The position numbers and the translations under genes are program-made. A stretch of 64,000 nt of DNA from a virus, in the IMG/VR virus record IMGVR_UViG_3300025677_000006, positions 1 to 64,000 of that record; one strand, given 5' to 3'. Under the pieces are notes generated by a model, which searched no databases, was not told the origin of the DNA, and was given only the letters and a program-made list of their open reading frames with translations. Position 1 is the first letter of the stretch; the number at the start of each line of letters is the position of its first letter. Shown here one piece after another: positions 18,677 to 28,909 of this stretch.

Positions 18677-20134
18677 TTAATTTTTCCATAAATAACCATT
18701 TACTCTTTTTTCATTTTTACACCATCTTGATATTGTGGATTGATTAACATTTTCAAAAACACTCGCCTTTTTTGTTGATTCAAATTCAATAATTTCATTA
18801 GTTTTTAAATTAACTTTAAATACCTTTTTGCAAATTATTTCTTTTTGTTTTTCAGACAATCCAATTTGTTTTTTTGTTTTACTAATTTTTTGTTTAGTTT
18901 CTTCTGTATGGTTTTTACCTAACCAATATTTAGAAGAATTTTTACTTAAAATTAATTTATCTTGCTTTGTTTTTTTTCTACCGTATTTTTTTGCATCATT
19001 ACTACCTGCTTTTGAAATTCTTTTATTAATCCATTCTTTAGATTGTTTAATACCTAAATGAGAAATAGACATTTTATCTAAAGTTTCTTTTGTTGGTATT
19101 ATATTTTTACCACCACCTTCAATATTATAACCAAATTCTTTTTGGTTTGATTTATAATCACTAATATATTTAATTTCTTTATTGTTTAGTTCTTGAATTG
19201 TTTTTGCCGTATCAATTATTGTAAATTCAAAATTATCCCAACCATACTTATTGAATGCATTATTAATATAATCATTACCCAAACCATTTTTATATTCTAA
19301 TATTTTTTCATTTATTGAACGAATTGTTTGTCCAATATATAATTTGTTGTTTATTTTGTTTTTTATTTTATAAATAACGCCAATAATTTCATCATTTCTT
19401 TTAGGATATGGTAATATTAAATGATTTATAGATGTTTTATGTTTTTTATTATTTCTTGGTGTGTCTATAAAATAAAAATATCTATGTTTTCTATATTGTG
19501 GTAAAAATATTGCATTGGGATAGTGTTTTAAAATAACATTTTTTTTCATCGTACCCAATTTATTTCTAACCCATCTACTATATCTTAATTTACCATCAAT
19601 TAATACTGAAAATCTTTTTGTTTCTTTATTATTGGAATAATTACCAGACATAACACCAACATATAACCAATTTAATGATTGATAAATTGTTCCGATTTCA
19701 CCTGCTGCTGGGTCAACAGTTGCTGTTATTATTCTATATTTTGTATTATTTTTTAACCATTTACAAACCCTAGAAATAAAAAAAGATGCTGTATTTTTTG
19801 GTGTCCACCATAAACAAACACCCCTGCTTAATAATAAAATTTTATTTGTAAATCCATATTTATCCCAAACACCAGTATTTTCTGTATAATCATTACTAAA
19901 AACTAAAACACCACCTAGTTTTTGACCATTTTCTGTATTAAAATATATACCAAAACAATATTTAACAATATATGGCATTGTTTTTAACCATTCATATTCT
20001 ATTATAATTTTACTTGCAGTGTTTTTATCAATTAATTTAATTTCTGTATTATCTAAAGAAATGTTTTTATAATTAAAATCTAATATTTCTTCTTTTGATT
20101 TTTTTATTCTAATTTTATGTTGGTGTGCTTCCAT
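18677..20134 (-). CDS. GIY-YIG homing endonuclease-like protein fused to an N-terminal ~240-aa domain of unknown function, possibly a GNAT/Mom-like acyltransferase fold
   Basis: The C-terminal half has GIY-YIG (IIGVIYKIKNKINNKLYIGQT). It also has NUMOD3-like repeats (GKNHTEETKQKIS and similar) and a C-terminal HTH-like tail. The N-terminal half (..SRGVCLWW..ASFFISRVCKWL..ATVDPAAGEIGTIYQSLNWLYVG) has no Met before the GIY motif, so this is a single fused ORF. Confidence 0.65.
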   Translation of the reverse strand: MEAHQHKIRIKKSKEEILDFNYKNISLDNTEIKLIDKNTASKIIIEYEWLKTMPYIVKYCFGIYFNTENGQKLGGVLVFSNDYTENTGVWDKYGFTNKILLLSRGVCLWWTPKNTASFFISRVCKWLKNNTKYRIITATVDPAAGEIGTIYQSLNWLYVGVMSGNYSNNKETKRFSVLIDGKLRYSRWVRNKLGTMKKNVILKHYPNAIFLPQYRKHRYFYFIDTPRNNKKHKTSINHLILPYPKRNDEIIGVIYKIKNKINNKLYIGQTIRSINEKILEYKNGLGNDYINNAFNKYGWDNFEFTIIDTAKTIQELNNKEIKYISDYKSNQKEFGYNIEGGGKNIIPTKETLDKMSISHLGIKQSKEWINKRISKAGSNDAKKYGRKKTKQDKLILSKNSSKYWLGKNHTEETKQKISKTKKQIGLSEKQKEIICKKVFKVNLKTNEIIEFESTKKASVFENVNQSTISRWCKNEKRVNGYLWKN

Positions 20135-20170
20135 AGAAAAACATTTTTACAAAAATAGTATTATTTTGGA

Positions 20171-20204
20171 AATAAAAAAAGGGATGTGTTTAACATCCCC
20201 CTTT
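20171..20204 (-). terminator. Rho-independent terminator downstream of major capsid gene
   Basis: Hairpin GGGATGT-GTTTA-ACATCCC with a flanking A/T run (T-run on the minus strand). Confidence 0.5.
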
Positions 20205-20222
20205 AATAAAGTTAAGTACCTA

Positions 20223-21905
20223 CTAGGATAAATCACCAACACCAAATGTTGTTAATCCATCACATAAGATTTTACCATAGTAACGGTTTAGAACCATTTT
20301 CTTAGCATAACGTGTTAAAATACCACGAATTGGTGTAAAATCAAATGGATTATACATTACAGGTGTTAATTGCATAGGTATATATGGTGCATAAATATAG
20401 CCGGTTTCCAATATGCTAGTTCCTTTATGTCCAATAAGAACAGTATTAGGTGCTGAATATGGGTCACGGTAAACAACATAACGTCCACCTATTGTACCAA
20501 TTTTTTCAATACCCATATTATACTTATCTTGTTCAGGTGAAGCATTTGAAACGTGGAAATATTCTAAGTCATCAAAAACAGCAGAAACTTCAGGAGATAC
20601 AACTATCCATGATGCACCACCACGTAATGTTGACTTATTAATTTGTGCTGAAATTTGGTTAATTTTAGTAATTAACGTTTGATTCCAGTCTTTTTGTACA
20701 CCATAATAAGTATTAGTTCCTTTTCTTAATCCGTTATAATCCCAACGAGCAGTCCATGCAGCACCACGTCTTAAGTCACGTAATATTTCACGGTCAATTT
20801 CAGCAGCCATTTGTTCTGATAACAATGCAGTTAATTCTGCTTCAGCATCAATATTATGGAATGCAGAAACGTCTTGTGCTAATTCAGGTGTCCACATTGC
20901 TCTCATTTTACGAGTTTCAACACTTACAGTAACATAATCAAGAACGAATGTTACTTCTGCCATTCTTGAATCTTGTTCAAGGTCGCTATATGTTCTATAT
21001 GTTGCAGTATAAGTAGTTCCAGTTGGAATGGTTAATGCATGATAACCATCTTTACCAGGATATTGAACATCAAGTAAAACAACAATTTTACCATTTTTAT
21101 CCACAATACCCTGTCCATATTTTTGAACTTTTACGTTAAATGGTATTGGATTTCCACTTGCAATATTTTCACTTGTATAACCACTTGGTGCTGTAAAAGT
21201 TTTATTTGCTGTTACTTTTAATCCAGCAAGGAATGATTCGGTATCCATTGGTGCGCCAGCAGGACCTACCAATTTACCTGCATTATCAGTAGTAAATCCT
21301 GTGATTTCAAGAGTAACGAATTTATCTCCTGCTGTATAACCTTTAGCAGTTAAACCAGTAATTGATTTACTATCAATACTACCTTTTGATAAATCGAATA
21401 ATGAAGTACCTTCATCATTATATTCAGTTGCATAGAATGCATCGTATAATGAACGAGTTTCAAAATTAGTTGAACTTGTTGATGTTTTTTCAGCAGCATT
21501 TCCATATGCACCATCAGGTGATGTATGAATATTACCAAGTGTTGTTGTATGTGTACTATCTTGTACACGTGTACTAGCCTTTGGATTGATAAAATATAAT
21601 CTACCTAAAGGTAAGTTAAGTGCTTGTACTGAAACAATATCGTTTGCTAATAATTTTGCAAACACCCTACGAATAACAGGGAATGCAACTGTTTCAAATT
21701 GACCGCTTGATGTAGAATCAGAAGATTCTTTAAGCATATGAGATAATTGGTTTTCGAATAATTGAGCGCAATTTTCTTTAATATTGCCATCTAATCCTTC
21801 AAGTAATCCAATTTTTTCCCAACGGTTTGTCGTAATTTCTCTTTGTTCACGAAGTTGTTTAATACCAATGTTACCAACTTCGCCACTTTCCATTAAAAAT
21901 CCCAT
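20223..21905 (-). CDS. Major capsid protein, T4 gp23 family
   Basis: VIRRVFAKLLANDIVSVQALNLPLGRLYF matches T4 gp23 (MVRRAIPNLIAFDICGVQPMNSPTGQVFAL). The C-terminus YIYAPYIPMQLTPVMYNPFDFTPIRGILTRYAK matches gp23 (IYYAPYVALTPLRGSDPKNFQPVMGFKTRYG). The N-terminus has a NCAQLFENQ block as in gp23. Confidence 0.9.
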   Translation of the reverse strand: MGFLMESGEVGNIGIKQLREQREITTNRWEKIGLLEGLDGNIKENCAQLFENQLSHMLKESSDSTSSGQFETVAFPVIRRVFAKLLANDIVSVQALNLPLGRLYFINPKASTRVQDSTHTTTLGNIHTSPDGAYGNAAEKTSTSSTNFETRSLYDAFYATEYNDEGTSLFDLSKGSIDSKSITGLTAKGYTAGDKFVTLEITGFTTDNAGKLVGPAGAPMDTESFLAGLKVTANKTFTAPSGYTSENIASGNPIPFNVKVQKYGQGIVDKNGKIVVLLDVQYPGKDGYHALTIPTGTTYTATYRTYSDLEQDSRMAEVTFVLDYVTVSVETRKMRAMWTPELAQDVSAFHNIDAEAELTALLSEQMAAEIDREILRDLRRGAAWTARWDYNGLRKGTNTYYGVQKDWNQTLITKINQISAQINKSTLRGGASWIVVSPEVSAVFDDLEYFHVSNASPEQDKYNMGIEKIGTIGGRYVVYRDPYSAPNTVLIGHKGTSILETGYIYAPYIPMQLTPVMYNPFDFTPIRGILTRYAKKMVLNRYYGKILCDGLTTFGVGDLS

Positions 21906-21931
21906 TGTTTTAAATTTTTATTTATTTTTTG

Positions 21932-23503
21932 TTATTTTTTGCTTCCGTAATTAATCAACTTTTTAATTTTTTCGATATGTTGATTATTTTCATATGCAGT
22001 TTTTTCAACAACTTCGTCAAGTTTTTGCTTTGAAGACGATTGTATTGAAGCAGACACTTTCGTTTCAATGCTTTCAGTTAAAGTATTTGGTTTTTTTTGC
22101 ATTTCTACAAGTAATTCGTTATACTTTTTCTGTGACTCAGCAATATTATCAATTTTTTTAAAGTTGTTGATAATATTAATTTTATCATTTTGTGTAAGGG
22201 CAAGATTTTCGTTTACCAATAAGTTGTTGACGTGTGCTAAATTGGTATTAAATGTTGCCATTTCTTTCAATTGATTTCGATATTTTTCAAGTGCGGTTTT
22301 ATATTGTTCTAATAATTTGGATACGGTTTGTTTGTATTTTTTATTTTCATTTAATTTTTTTGTGAGTTTTTTATTCTCATTAATTAAACCATTAATCCTT
22401 CTTTCAGATTCCCTCATAGAAAAACGCATACGTTGAACATTTCCTTGTGTTTGATATTCTTTATCAGGAATATTTCCAGTTGTAGCCCTTTTATTGGGAT
22501 ATGACATTCCTAATGTTTCATCGATTTCATTATCAGCAAGTGCTGCATCGATATCATCATCAGTAATTTCAATTTCTTGAAGTTGATTATCTAATTCATC
22601 ATCAATTTCAATATCTTGAAGTTGATTATCTAATTCATCATCAATTTCAATATCTTGAAGTTCATCGTCTTCTTGAATATTAGAATCAAAATTTTGAATA
22701 ATTTCATCTAATTGATTACGCAATTCATATAGTTTATCATTCAAATTATTAGATGTTGGTTTGATTTCATTAGAATCTGAATTTTCTAATTCTTCATCAG
22801 AATTTAAGTCATCTAATTCTTCATCAGAATTTAAGTCATCTAATTCATCTTCAGAATTTAATGCATTAATTTCTTTTTCAATATCATTTAAACTAAATGT
22901 TTCGTCATCATCAATTTGAAATTCATCACTTTCATTTGCACATTCTAATGCATTACCCACTCGATTAACATCCAATTCTGTTATGTCAAATTCTTCCTTG
23001 ATGTTTTCTTTTTTTGGTGTTTTTTCTTTGAATGTATCACCATCTTTGCTTTTTTTAGTTGCAATATTTGGTGTATTAGATTCAACATCGCCCATAATTT
23101 CTTTATTTTTTTCTTCAGAAACGTTATTTTCGTTAACTTTTTTCTCATATGGGTTACTATCACCAACAGTATCAGTAATTTTTACATCTTCATCAACCAC
23201 TTTTTGTTTTTCTAATTCATCTGTGGTTTTTTTAACTTTTTTAGTTTCTTTTTCATTCTTTTTCATAACAGATTCTTCTTTTTGATTAATTTCATCATCT
23301 TCATCAGATTCTTTATTATCATCCATTTTTTTATAGGATTTTTTTGTTTTATTTTTATTTAATTCTTCATTTATAATTTCATTAAATCGTTTTGAATATT
23401 CTTCTTCTAATTTTTTATTCGCAACAATTTTAGCAGCATTCATGATTTCATCATAATCAGATAATGCTTCTTTAAGAATTGATGTTTTTTTTATATCACT
23501 CAT
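21932..23503 (-). CDS. Acidic prohead scaffold/core protein (gp22-like by position and composition)
   Basis: Highly acidic, with repeats DELDDLNSDEEL and IEIDDELDNQLQD. It sits between the protease-like gene and the capsid gene, as gp22 does in T4. Confidence 0.5.
   Translation of the reverse strand: MSDIKKTSILKEALSDYDEIMNAAKIVANKKLEEEYSKRFNEIINEELNKNKTKKSYKKMDDNKESDEDDEINQKEESVMKKNEKETKKVKKTTDELEKQKVVDEDVKITDTVGDSNPYEKKVNENNVSEEKNKEIMGDVESNTPNIATKKSKDGDTFKEKTPKKENIKEEFDITELDVNRVGNALECANESDEFQIDDDETFSLNDIEKEINALNSEDELDDLNSDEELDDLNSDEELENSDSNEIKPTSNNLNDKLYELRNQLDEIIQNFDSNIQEDDELQDIEIDDELDNQLQDIEIDDELDNQLQEIEITDDDIDAALADNEIDETLGMSYPNKRATTGNIPDKEYQTQGNVQRMRFSMRESERRINGLINENKKLTKKLNENKKYKQTVSKLLEQYKTALEKYRNQLKEMATFNTNLAHVNNLLVNENLALTQNDKINIINNFKKIDNIAESQKKYNELLVEMQKKPNTLTESIETKVSASIQSSSKQKLDEVVEKTAYENNQHIEKIKKLINYGSKK
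22568..22670. repeat. Tandem 39-nt repeat (~2.7 copies) encoding IEIDDELDNQLQD
   Basis: The unit aatttcaatatcttgaagttgattatctaattcatcatc recurs directly. Confidence 0.7.
22784..22862. repeat. Tandem 30-nt repeat (~2.6 copies) encoding LDDLNSDEE
   Basis: The unit tctaattcttcatcagaatttaagtca recurs directly. Confidence 0.7.
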
Positions 23504-23581
23504 AACAATAAAATATCAACCTAATAGTATAATTTTAATATAAATACAAACTAATTGATAAAAAGACGATTTTTACTTTAT

Positions 23582-24277
23582 TTAAAGTAAAAAATCATCT
23601 AATGTTTTTATTATTTTATTTTCGAATAGTTGTGGTTTTTTTTCAATCACATAAAATTCATTAAAATTTTTATCATCATGTCTTTTTGGAAATAAATATG
23701 CACCAGGGGTACTTGGTGTTGCCACCAAATCAAATCCAATTAATTCAAAATCATTTTGTACAATATTTTCACCATTTATTTCTTTTAAACTACCAACACC
23801 TCTACTAGATATACCCAATCTTATTTTATTTTGTAAATATAAAAGAATTTTATCACCAATAACAGAAACAATACCATATTTTAAAAAACCAGGACTTACT
23901 ATTAATTTTATTGTTCCATATAATATATTTTCGTTTTCACCAGAACCCCACCACATTTTTGTTAATAAATGGGATATATTTTGTAAAGAAATTATGCTAC
24001 TCTCAGGATGGTCTGCTTCTGAAACAGAACTATTGTTTTTTATTAATTCCTGATAAATTTCTACTTGTGGTACTAATACTTCTTTTGGATAAATCCTATC
24101 GTTTTTATTTTTAACTCCCCATTTTTGTAAAATACAATCAATTAAAATTGGTTCATTTGGGTTTATTTTAAAATCTTCATTTAGTATATTATTGTTTAAT
24201 TCGTGTGTTATAAATCCTGCATCATTTTCAATTAATATACCAAAACCAATATCACCTTTTCGTAATATTCTGCTCAT
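23582..24277 (-). CDS. Prohead core protease-like protein (gp21-like by position)
   Basis: 231 aa, located immediately upstream of the scaffold and capsid genes in gp21-gp22-gp23 order. Contains a GISSRGVGS serine motif. The assignment is by synteny more than by sequence. Confidence 0.45.
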   Translation of the reverse strand: MSRILRKGDIGFGILIENDAGFITHELNNNILNEDFKINPNEPILIDCILQKWGVKNKNDRIYPKEVLVPQVEIYQELIKNNSSVSEADHPESSIISLQNISHLLTKMWWGSGENENILYGTIKLIVSPGFLKYGIVSVIGDKILLYLQNKIRLGISSRGVGSLKEINGENIVQNDFELIGFDLVATPSTPGAYLFPKRHDDKNFNEFYVIEKKPQLFENKIIKTLDDFLL

Positions 24278-24465
24278 ATTATATATTTTATATAAATAGT
24301 TAAAATTAATGATTTGATTTAATGATTATATTATCCATTCTTTGAATAATATTTTTATCTTCATTAAGAAATAAACAATATTTCATTTTTTTTATAATAA
24401 GATTTATTGATTCATTTACTTCTTTAAATCTTTCTATTTTTTTCAAATCATTTTTTATTTTATAA

Positions 24466-24849
24466 TTATCCATTTATTTTTTCAATTATTTGGTCTAATT
24501 TTTTTAAAATTTCCTCATTACCAACCTTATCCATTTTATCGTATAAATCTAACACTATTGAAATACCATTTAAAACATGAAGTGTTTCTTTTTCTGATTC
24601 AAACCATTGTCGATTTCTTTCATCTTCACGTTTTAACATTTCAATTCTTATGTTTTCTAACGTAATTGATTGTTCTTTTCTAATTATATCTATTTTTGCA
24701 ATATGTTGTTGTTGTAATTGTTTATTTTCTTTTATTTTTTCTTGTAATTTTAAATATAAGAAAACTAACATAGTGATTATAAAAATCATCAAACCACCAA
24801 ATAGATAAAAAAACATATCATTATACCAATATATACCGTTTTGATTCAA
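24466..24849 (-). CDS. Small membrane protein with coiled coil
   Basis: Transmembrane segment FFYLFGGLMIFIITMLVFLYL. Confidence 0.4.
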   Translation of the reverse strand: MNQNGIYWYNDMFFYLFGGLMIFIITMLVFLYLKLQEKIKENKQLQQQHIAKIDIIRKEQSITLENIRIEMLKREDERNRQWFESEKETLHVLNGISIVLDLYDKMDKVGNEEILKKLDQIIEKING

Positions 24850-24928
24850 CTTTCTATTTTTAATAATAAATAGTTAAAACCCAATTAAAGTAAAATAAAA
24901 AAAAACAGTGTATTTATATTAAAATTTA

Positions 24929-25255
24929 TTGAAAATGAGTGATGGTACTAGTAATGTCATTTTAATTGACCCCAATACTTTTAACATTAACAATAGAATT
25001 GTTAATAGTATTCCACAATATCAAAATATGTATATTTTTAATGATAAAATTGAAATTAATCAAGAAATTCCTGAAAATGAATATAGTATGGAAGAAAATA
25101 TAAAAAACGATAATTTTTCAGAAATAGAATATATAGAAAATGAAACAATTGAAAAAGAAAATGAAATAATTGTCGAAAAACCAAAAAAATCCATTGCTGA
25201 TTTAAGTAAATCTGAATATAGACAATATTTAAGAACAGGTATAATTCCAGAATAA
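24929..25255 (+). CDS. Hypothetical protein
   Basis: 108-aa acidic ORF. Confidence 0.35.
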   Translation: MKMSDGTSNVILIDPNTFNINNRIVNSIPQYQNMYIFNDKIEINQEIPENEYSMEENIKNDNFSEIEYIENETIEKENEIIVEKPKKSIADLSKSEYRQYLRTGIIPE

Positions 25256-25316
25256 AAAAAGAGAATTAAAACTATTTATAAAAAAAATAAATTTGAATTA
25301 ATTAAATATATATGAT

Positions 25317-25805
25317 ATGGGTGATATGTTAATAAAAGTGCCAATGCAACACGAACCAAAAAGAAAAAATAGATATTTTGCTCATTTTGGTACTGATATT
25401 GGTATTGAAACTTGGGCAATTCGTAAATTTAAAAGACCTTCAATGAAAATAAATAAAATTGAAATACCATACATGAATGAACAGAATTATGTTGCGGGTA
25501 GATATACATGGGATTCGGTTAATGTTACTTTTCTTGACCCAATCGGTCCTTCTTCCTCACAAATTCTCATGGAATGGGTTCGTTTACATGCAGAATCCAT
25601 AACTGGTCGTATGGGTTATGCTGCTGGTTATAAAAAAACCATAACATTAGAATCGTTAGACCCAACGGGTATTGCTATTGAAAAATGGACACTTGAAGAT
25701 TGTCAAATTATTAGTATTGATTTTGGTGATAATGATTATAGTAGTGATGACCTAACTGAAATTTCATTAGAATTACAACCTTGGAGATGTATTCTTAATA
25801 TGTAA
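25317..25805 (+). CDS. Tail tube protein, T4 gp19-like
   Basis: IPYMNEQNYVAGRYTWDSVNVTFLD matches gp19 (IPVGFMNRKINVAGDRTFDDWTVTVMND). The C-terminus ISLELQPW matches gp19 (VTLALDYWE). Size is 162 aa against 163 aa for gp19. Confidence 0.7.
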   Translation: MGDMLIKVPMQHEPKRKNRYFAHFGTDIGIETWAIRKFKRPSMKINKIEIPYMNEQNYVAGRYTWDSVNVTFLDPIGPSSSQILMEWVRLHAESITGRMGYAAGYKKTITLESLDPTGIAIEKWTLEDCQIISIDFGDNDYSSDDLTEISLELQPWRCILNM

Positions 25806-25825
25806 ATATTATTTATTCTTAAGTT

Positions 25826-25866
25826 TAAAAGCAATTATATTTAATTATATAATTGCTTTTTTTAAT
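25826..25866. terminator. Bidirectional terminator hairpin
   Basis: AAAA-GCAATTATA-loop-TATAATTGC-TTTTTTT between convergent genes. Confidence 0.55.
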
Positions 25867-26773
25867 TAATAACAATATTTTTTTGAAGCATTGGTTCAAA
25901 TTGTAGTTCTTCCAACATTCTAATTATTTCTGTTTTTTCTGCTGGTAATGCAGAATATCCATGAATATGATTAATTAAAACATTTCTAAATATTTCTAAA
26001 ATTTCTAATAACACATCACCACGAACTAAAGGATGTGTATTATCAAATATTCTTTTTCTATCTTCAAATTTTAATTTTGTTGTTTTTAAATTTGGATTAC
26101 CATCATGTGAAATTAAAGCAATTTTATCACTGGTCATGATAATATTACTTTGATATTCATCTTTTTTTTCTATATTTGGTTCAAAAACTAAACTAATTTG
26201 TGCTGGATTTTTTATGTTTAATTTTAAAGGATTATCATTTTCATGTTTTCCTGCACGTATATGAACTTCATTTAATCTTAATATAACATCAGTATTAACA
26301 CGACCAATAATTGCAACATCTGTTTTTGTAGGGTAAATACCTTCAGCATCTGGATATGTAGATGGTGCTTTTTCAGGTGCTAATCCCATTTCTTTATCAA
26401 TATTAGACCTTGCACTAAAAATATAATCACCACCAATTTTATGTGGTTGTGATATAATACTACCTAACCAAAATCTACCTTTTTGATTAAAACTAATATC
26501 TTCAATGAATACCCTAACCGTTTCATTAATTTTTGGATATACATGAAAAAATTTTGGTAATAAGGGATAACACCACGATAAATTTTCAGGATTATCTTTA
26601 TCTATTTGACTATCTAAATCTGGAATATATACTTTAATTCTCATACCATCAGTCTTATCATCAATATCTAAAACAGTACCATAAAAAATTGTTCTTTGTG
26701 GTACTATTGTAGATGGTGATTTTCTTAATGGATTACTAGTATGTGTTATTTTATTTATATAACTATCTAACAT
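25862..26773 (-). CDS. Baseplate central spike / gpV-gp5 N-terminal OB-fold family protein
   Basis: FYGTVLDIDDKTDGMRIKVYIPDLD...SWCYPL..VYPKINETVRVFIEDISFNQKGRFWLGSI fits the gpV/VgrG/gp5 OB-fold signature. Confidence 0.55.
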   Translation of the reverse strand: MLDSYINKITHTSNPLRKSPSTIVPQRTIFYGTVLDIDDKTDGMRIKVYIPDLDSQIDKDNPENLSWCYPLLPKFFHVYPKINETVRVFIEDISFNQKGRFWLGSIISQPHKIGGDYIFSARSNIDKEMGLAPEKAPSTYPDAEGIYPTKTDVAIIGRVNTDVILRLNEVHIRAGKHENDNPLKLNIKNPAQISLVFEPNIEKKDEYQSNIIMTSDKIALISHDGNPNLKTTKLKFEDRKRIFDNTHPLVRGDVLLEILEIFRNVLINHIHGYSALPAEKTEIIRMLEELQFEPMLQKNIVIN

Positions 26774-26777
26774 ATTA

Positions 26778-26981
26778 TTATCTTTTATCTAATTCTTCGT
26801 GTATTAAACTATTTAATGTTTTTAAATCTTCTAAAATTTTTAAATTTTCGTTTATTTTATTTTGTAATTCTTCAACCGTCAATAAATCTTTAATAATTTC
26901 TTGTTTAAGTGATTCGTGTTCACTTCTAATATCATTACTATATTTTAGTAATTCTATTTGTGTATAATCTGTTAAATCCAT
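26778..26981 (-). CDS. Small coiled-coil protein
   Basis: 67-aa ORF. Confidence 0.35.
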   Translation of the reverse strand: MDLTDYTQIELLKYSNDIRSEHESLKQEIIKDLLTVEELQNKINENLKILEDLKTLNSLIHEELDKR

Positions 26982-26985
26982 ATTT

Positions 26986-27393
26986 TTATTGTATTATACC
27001 ATATCCTTTTGTTATCGTAATTGTTGAACCATATACTGAAACAGGACCTGCTGGTGATATTCCCGCAGCAGATAATGTTATTCCTGGTGGTATAGCAACA
27101 CTAATAATTGCATCAGTTTGAAGTGCTTTAATTATTTCTTCAACTCTAATTTTTTCCATAATTTCATCAGGATTTGCATTGCCATTTGGTAATACACCAA
27201 TTGGTAATCCTGCTTCACTTTTTCTTTTAATAATTTCATGTGCAATTTTACTTGCAGATAAACCACCACGTTGTGGAACACCAACCAAAATTAATGGTGT
27301 TGGTATTGGTGGTGGACTTCCAATTGATGATAATTTTAAAATTTTAGTAAAACCACCAATAATAGAATCAATATTGGTATAATCAATATTCAT
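26986..27393 (-). CDS. Gly/Pro-rich small protein (possible baseplate/spike-tip component)
   Basis: 135 aa with PxG-rich segments, adjacent to the spike gene. Confidence 0.35.
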   Translation of the reverse strand: MNIDYTNIDSIIGGFTKILKLSSIGSPPPIPTPLILVGVPQRGGLSASKIAHEIIKRKSEAGLPIGVLPNGNANPDEIMEKIRVEEIIKALQTDAIISVAIPPGITLSAAGISPAGPVSVYGSTITITKGYGIIQ

Positions 27394-27571
27394 TATATTT
27401 ATTTTAATGTTTTTAATTTTTTTACATTAACCCATTTCCAACCCAATATTAATCTTGTTAATATTTTTCTAACTAAATTAGGTTTAGAAGTTGTAGCCAT
27501 TTGTGTACCATTAACATTACCATCAATTAAATACACACCAACTATTTGTTTATTAACTTTTTGGTCTATAA

Positions 27572-28909
27572 TCATAATATTTTAGATTTTATTGTTGAAA
27601 CTAATGACATAAGACTATTTTCCCAAGATTCTAATCTTTCTTTCATTCGTTCTTTTATTTCTGGTTTAATTAATTTAACTAAATATTTAACAACTAAAGC
27701 AAAAATAAATGCACCTACAATAAGCATAATTTCTTTTTTCATACAAAAAATAATTCTTTTCCATTTTTTTAAATCATCTTTTGCTTTTTCTAACATAACT
27801 TCACCATTATTAACAATAGCACTATATATTGCCATTAACATTCTTACTTGTGGTGCTGTTGTAACTGCTTCTAATAATTTAAGAATAATTGTTTTTATAA
27901 ATTTAACAAAAAAACCGTCCTTAAAACTTCTTTTATCGGAATCATCAGAAGTATTTATGCTATTTTCCATTATATCACTAACAATATTACCAACTTCATT
28001 AGGATTTTTATTAGAATCATTTATATCCACCATCATTTTTTGTAATGATTCCATTGGTAATTCACCATAATATACTTCGTATTCAATTTCTTCAGGTATA
28101 AAACCTTGAACTATTTTACAATTAATATCATAAGTTACTAAACCATTAGAAATTTGTTCCGCTTCTAAATCTAAATCAGGATAATTTTCTATATTAACAT
28201 CATATGGATTATCTTCATCATTTAAAACATTTTCTAATATTTTTTCAGTTAAAAGTTCATCTAAAACCTCTTCTTTTGTTTTATTTTGTGATTTAGATAA
28301 TGTTCCAAATAATTTATCCATTGCATTGCCAACAATTTCATCTGAATTTATTATATTTGTATTATCAATAAAATTATTAAAATAATCACCAACATTTACA
28401 TCTATAGGCTTTAATAAAAAACTATCATTATCAGGATTATAATTTACTAATGTATTGTGACAAGGAATATTTGAACTTGGATTATTAATGGCATTTCTTA
28501 ACATTCTATCACCATTATTATTCGAATCACCATACAATAAATTTCCACCCTTTTCTTCATCTGTTGGCAATACTTTTAATTTTTTTTTACTATCGAGAGT
28601 TTTTACCTTAACATTTACATCAAATTCTGGTAATGAGTTATCGGCATTTGATTGAACAAATTGTTTTTTTAATCCACTTTTTAATTGAGATTCTGAATTA
28701 TTTAATATATCAACAAGAAAAGAACCAATTAAAAATTTTAATGCTTCAGTTCCTGCAATTGCTTTTAATACATCCAACATAAATGAAATAGAATCTTTAG
28801 AATTATTAACAGAAGAATAACTATCTTTTACTTCTGGTTTATTTCCAGATTTAGAAGAAAATGCTTTAATGTCTGAAAAGACATTTCTTTTATTGTTAAT
28901 TCTACTCAT
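27572..28909 (-). CDS. Hypothetical protein with C-terminal transmembrane anchor
   Basis: 445 aa, transmembrane segment IMLIVGAFIFALVVKYLV near the C-terminus. Confidence 0.45.
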   Translation of the reverse strand: MSRINNKRNVFSDIKAFSSKSGNKPEVKDSYSSVNNSKDSISFMLDVLKAIAGTEALKFLIGSFLVDILNNSESQLKSGLKKQFVQSNADNSLPEFDVNVKVKTLDSKKKLKVLPTDEEKGGNLLYGDSNNNGDRMLRNAINNPSSNIPCHNTLVNYNPDNDSFLLKPIDVNVGDYFNNFIDNTNIINSDEIVGNAMDKLFGTLSKSQNKTKEEVLDELLTEKILENVLNDEDNPYDVNIENYPDLDLEAEQISNGLVTYDINCKIVQGFIPEEIEYEVYYGELPMESLQKMMVDINDSNKNPNEVGNIVSDIMENSINTSDDSDKRSFKDGFFVKFIKTIILKLLEAVTTAPQVRMLMAIYSAIVNNGEVMLEKAKDDLKKWKRIIFCMKKEIMLIVGAFIFALVVKYLVKLIKPEIKERMKERLESWENSLMSLVSTIKSKIL

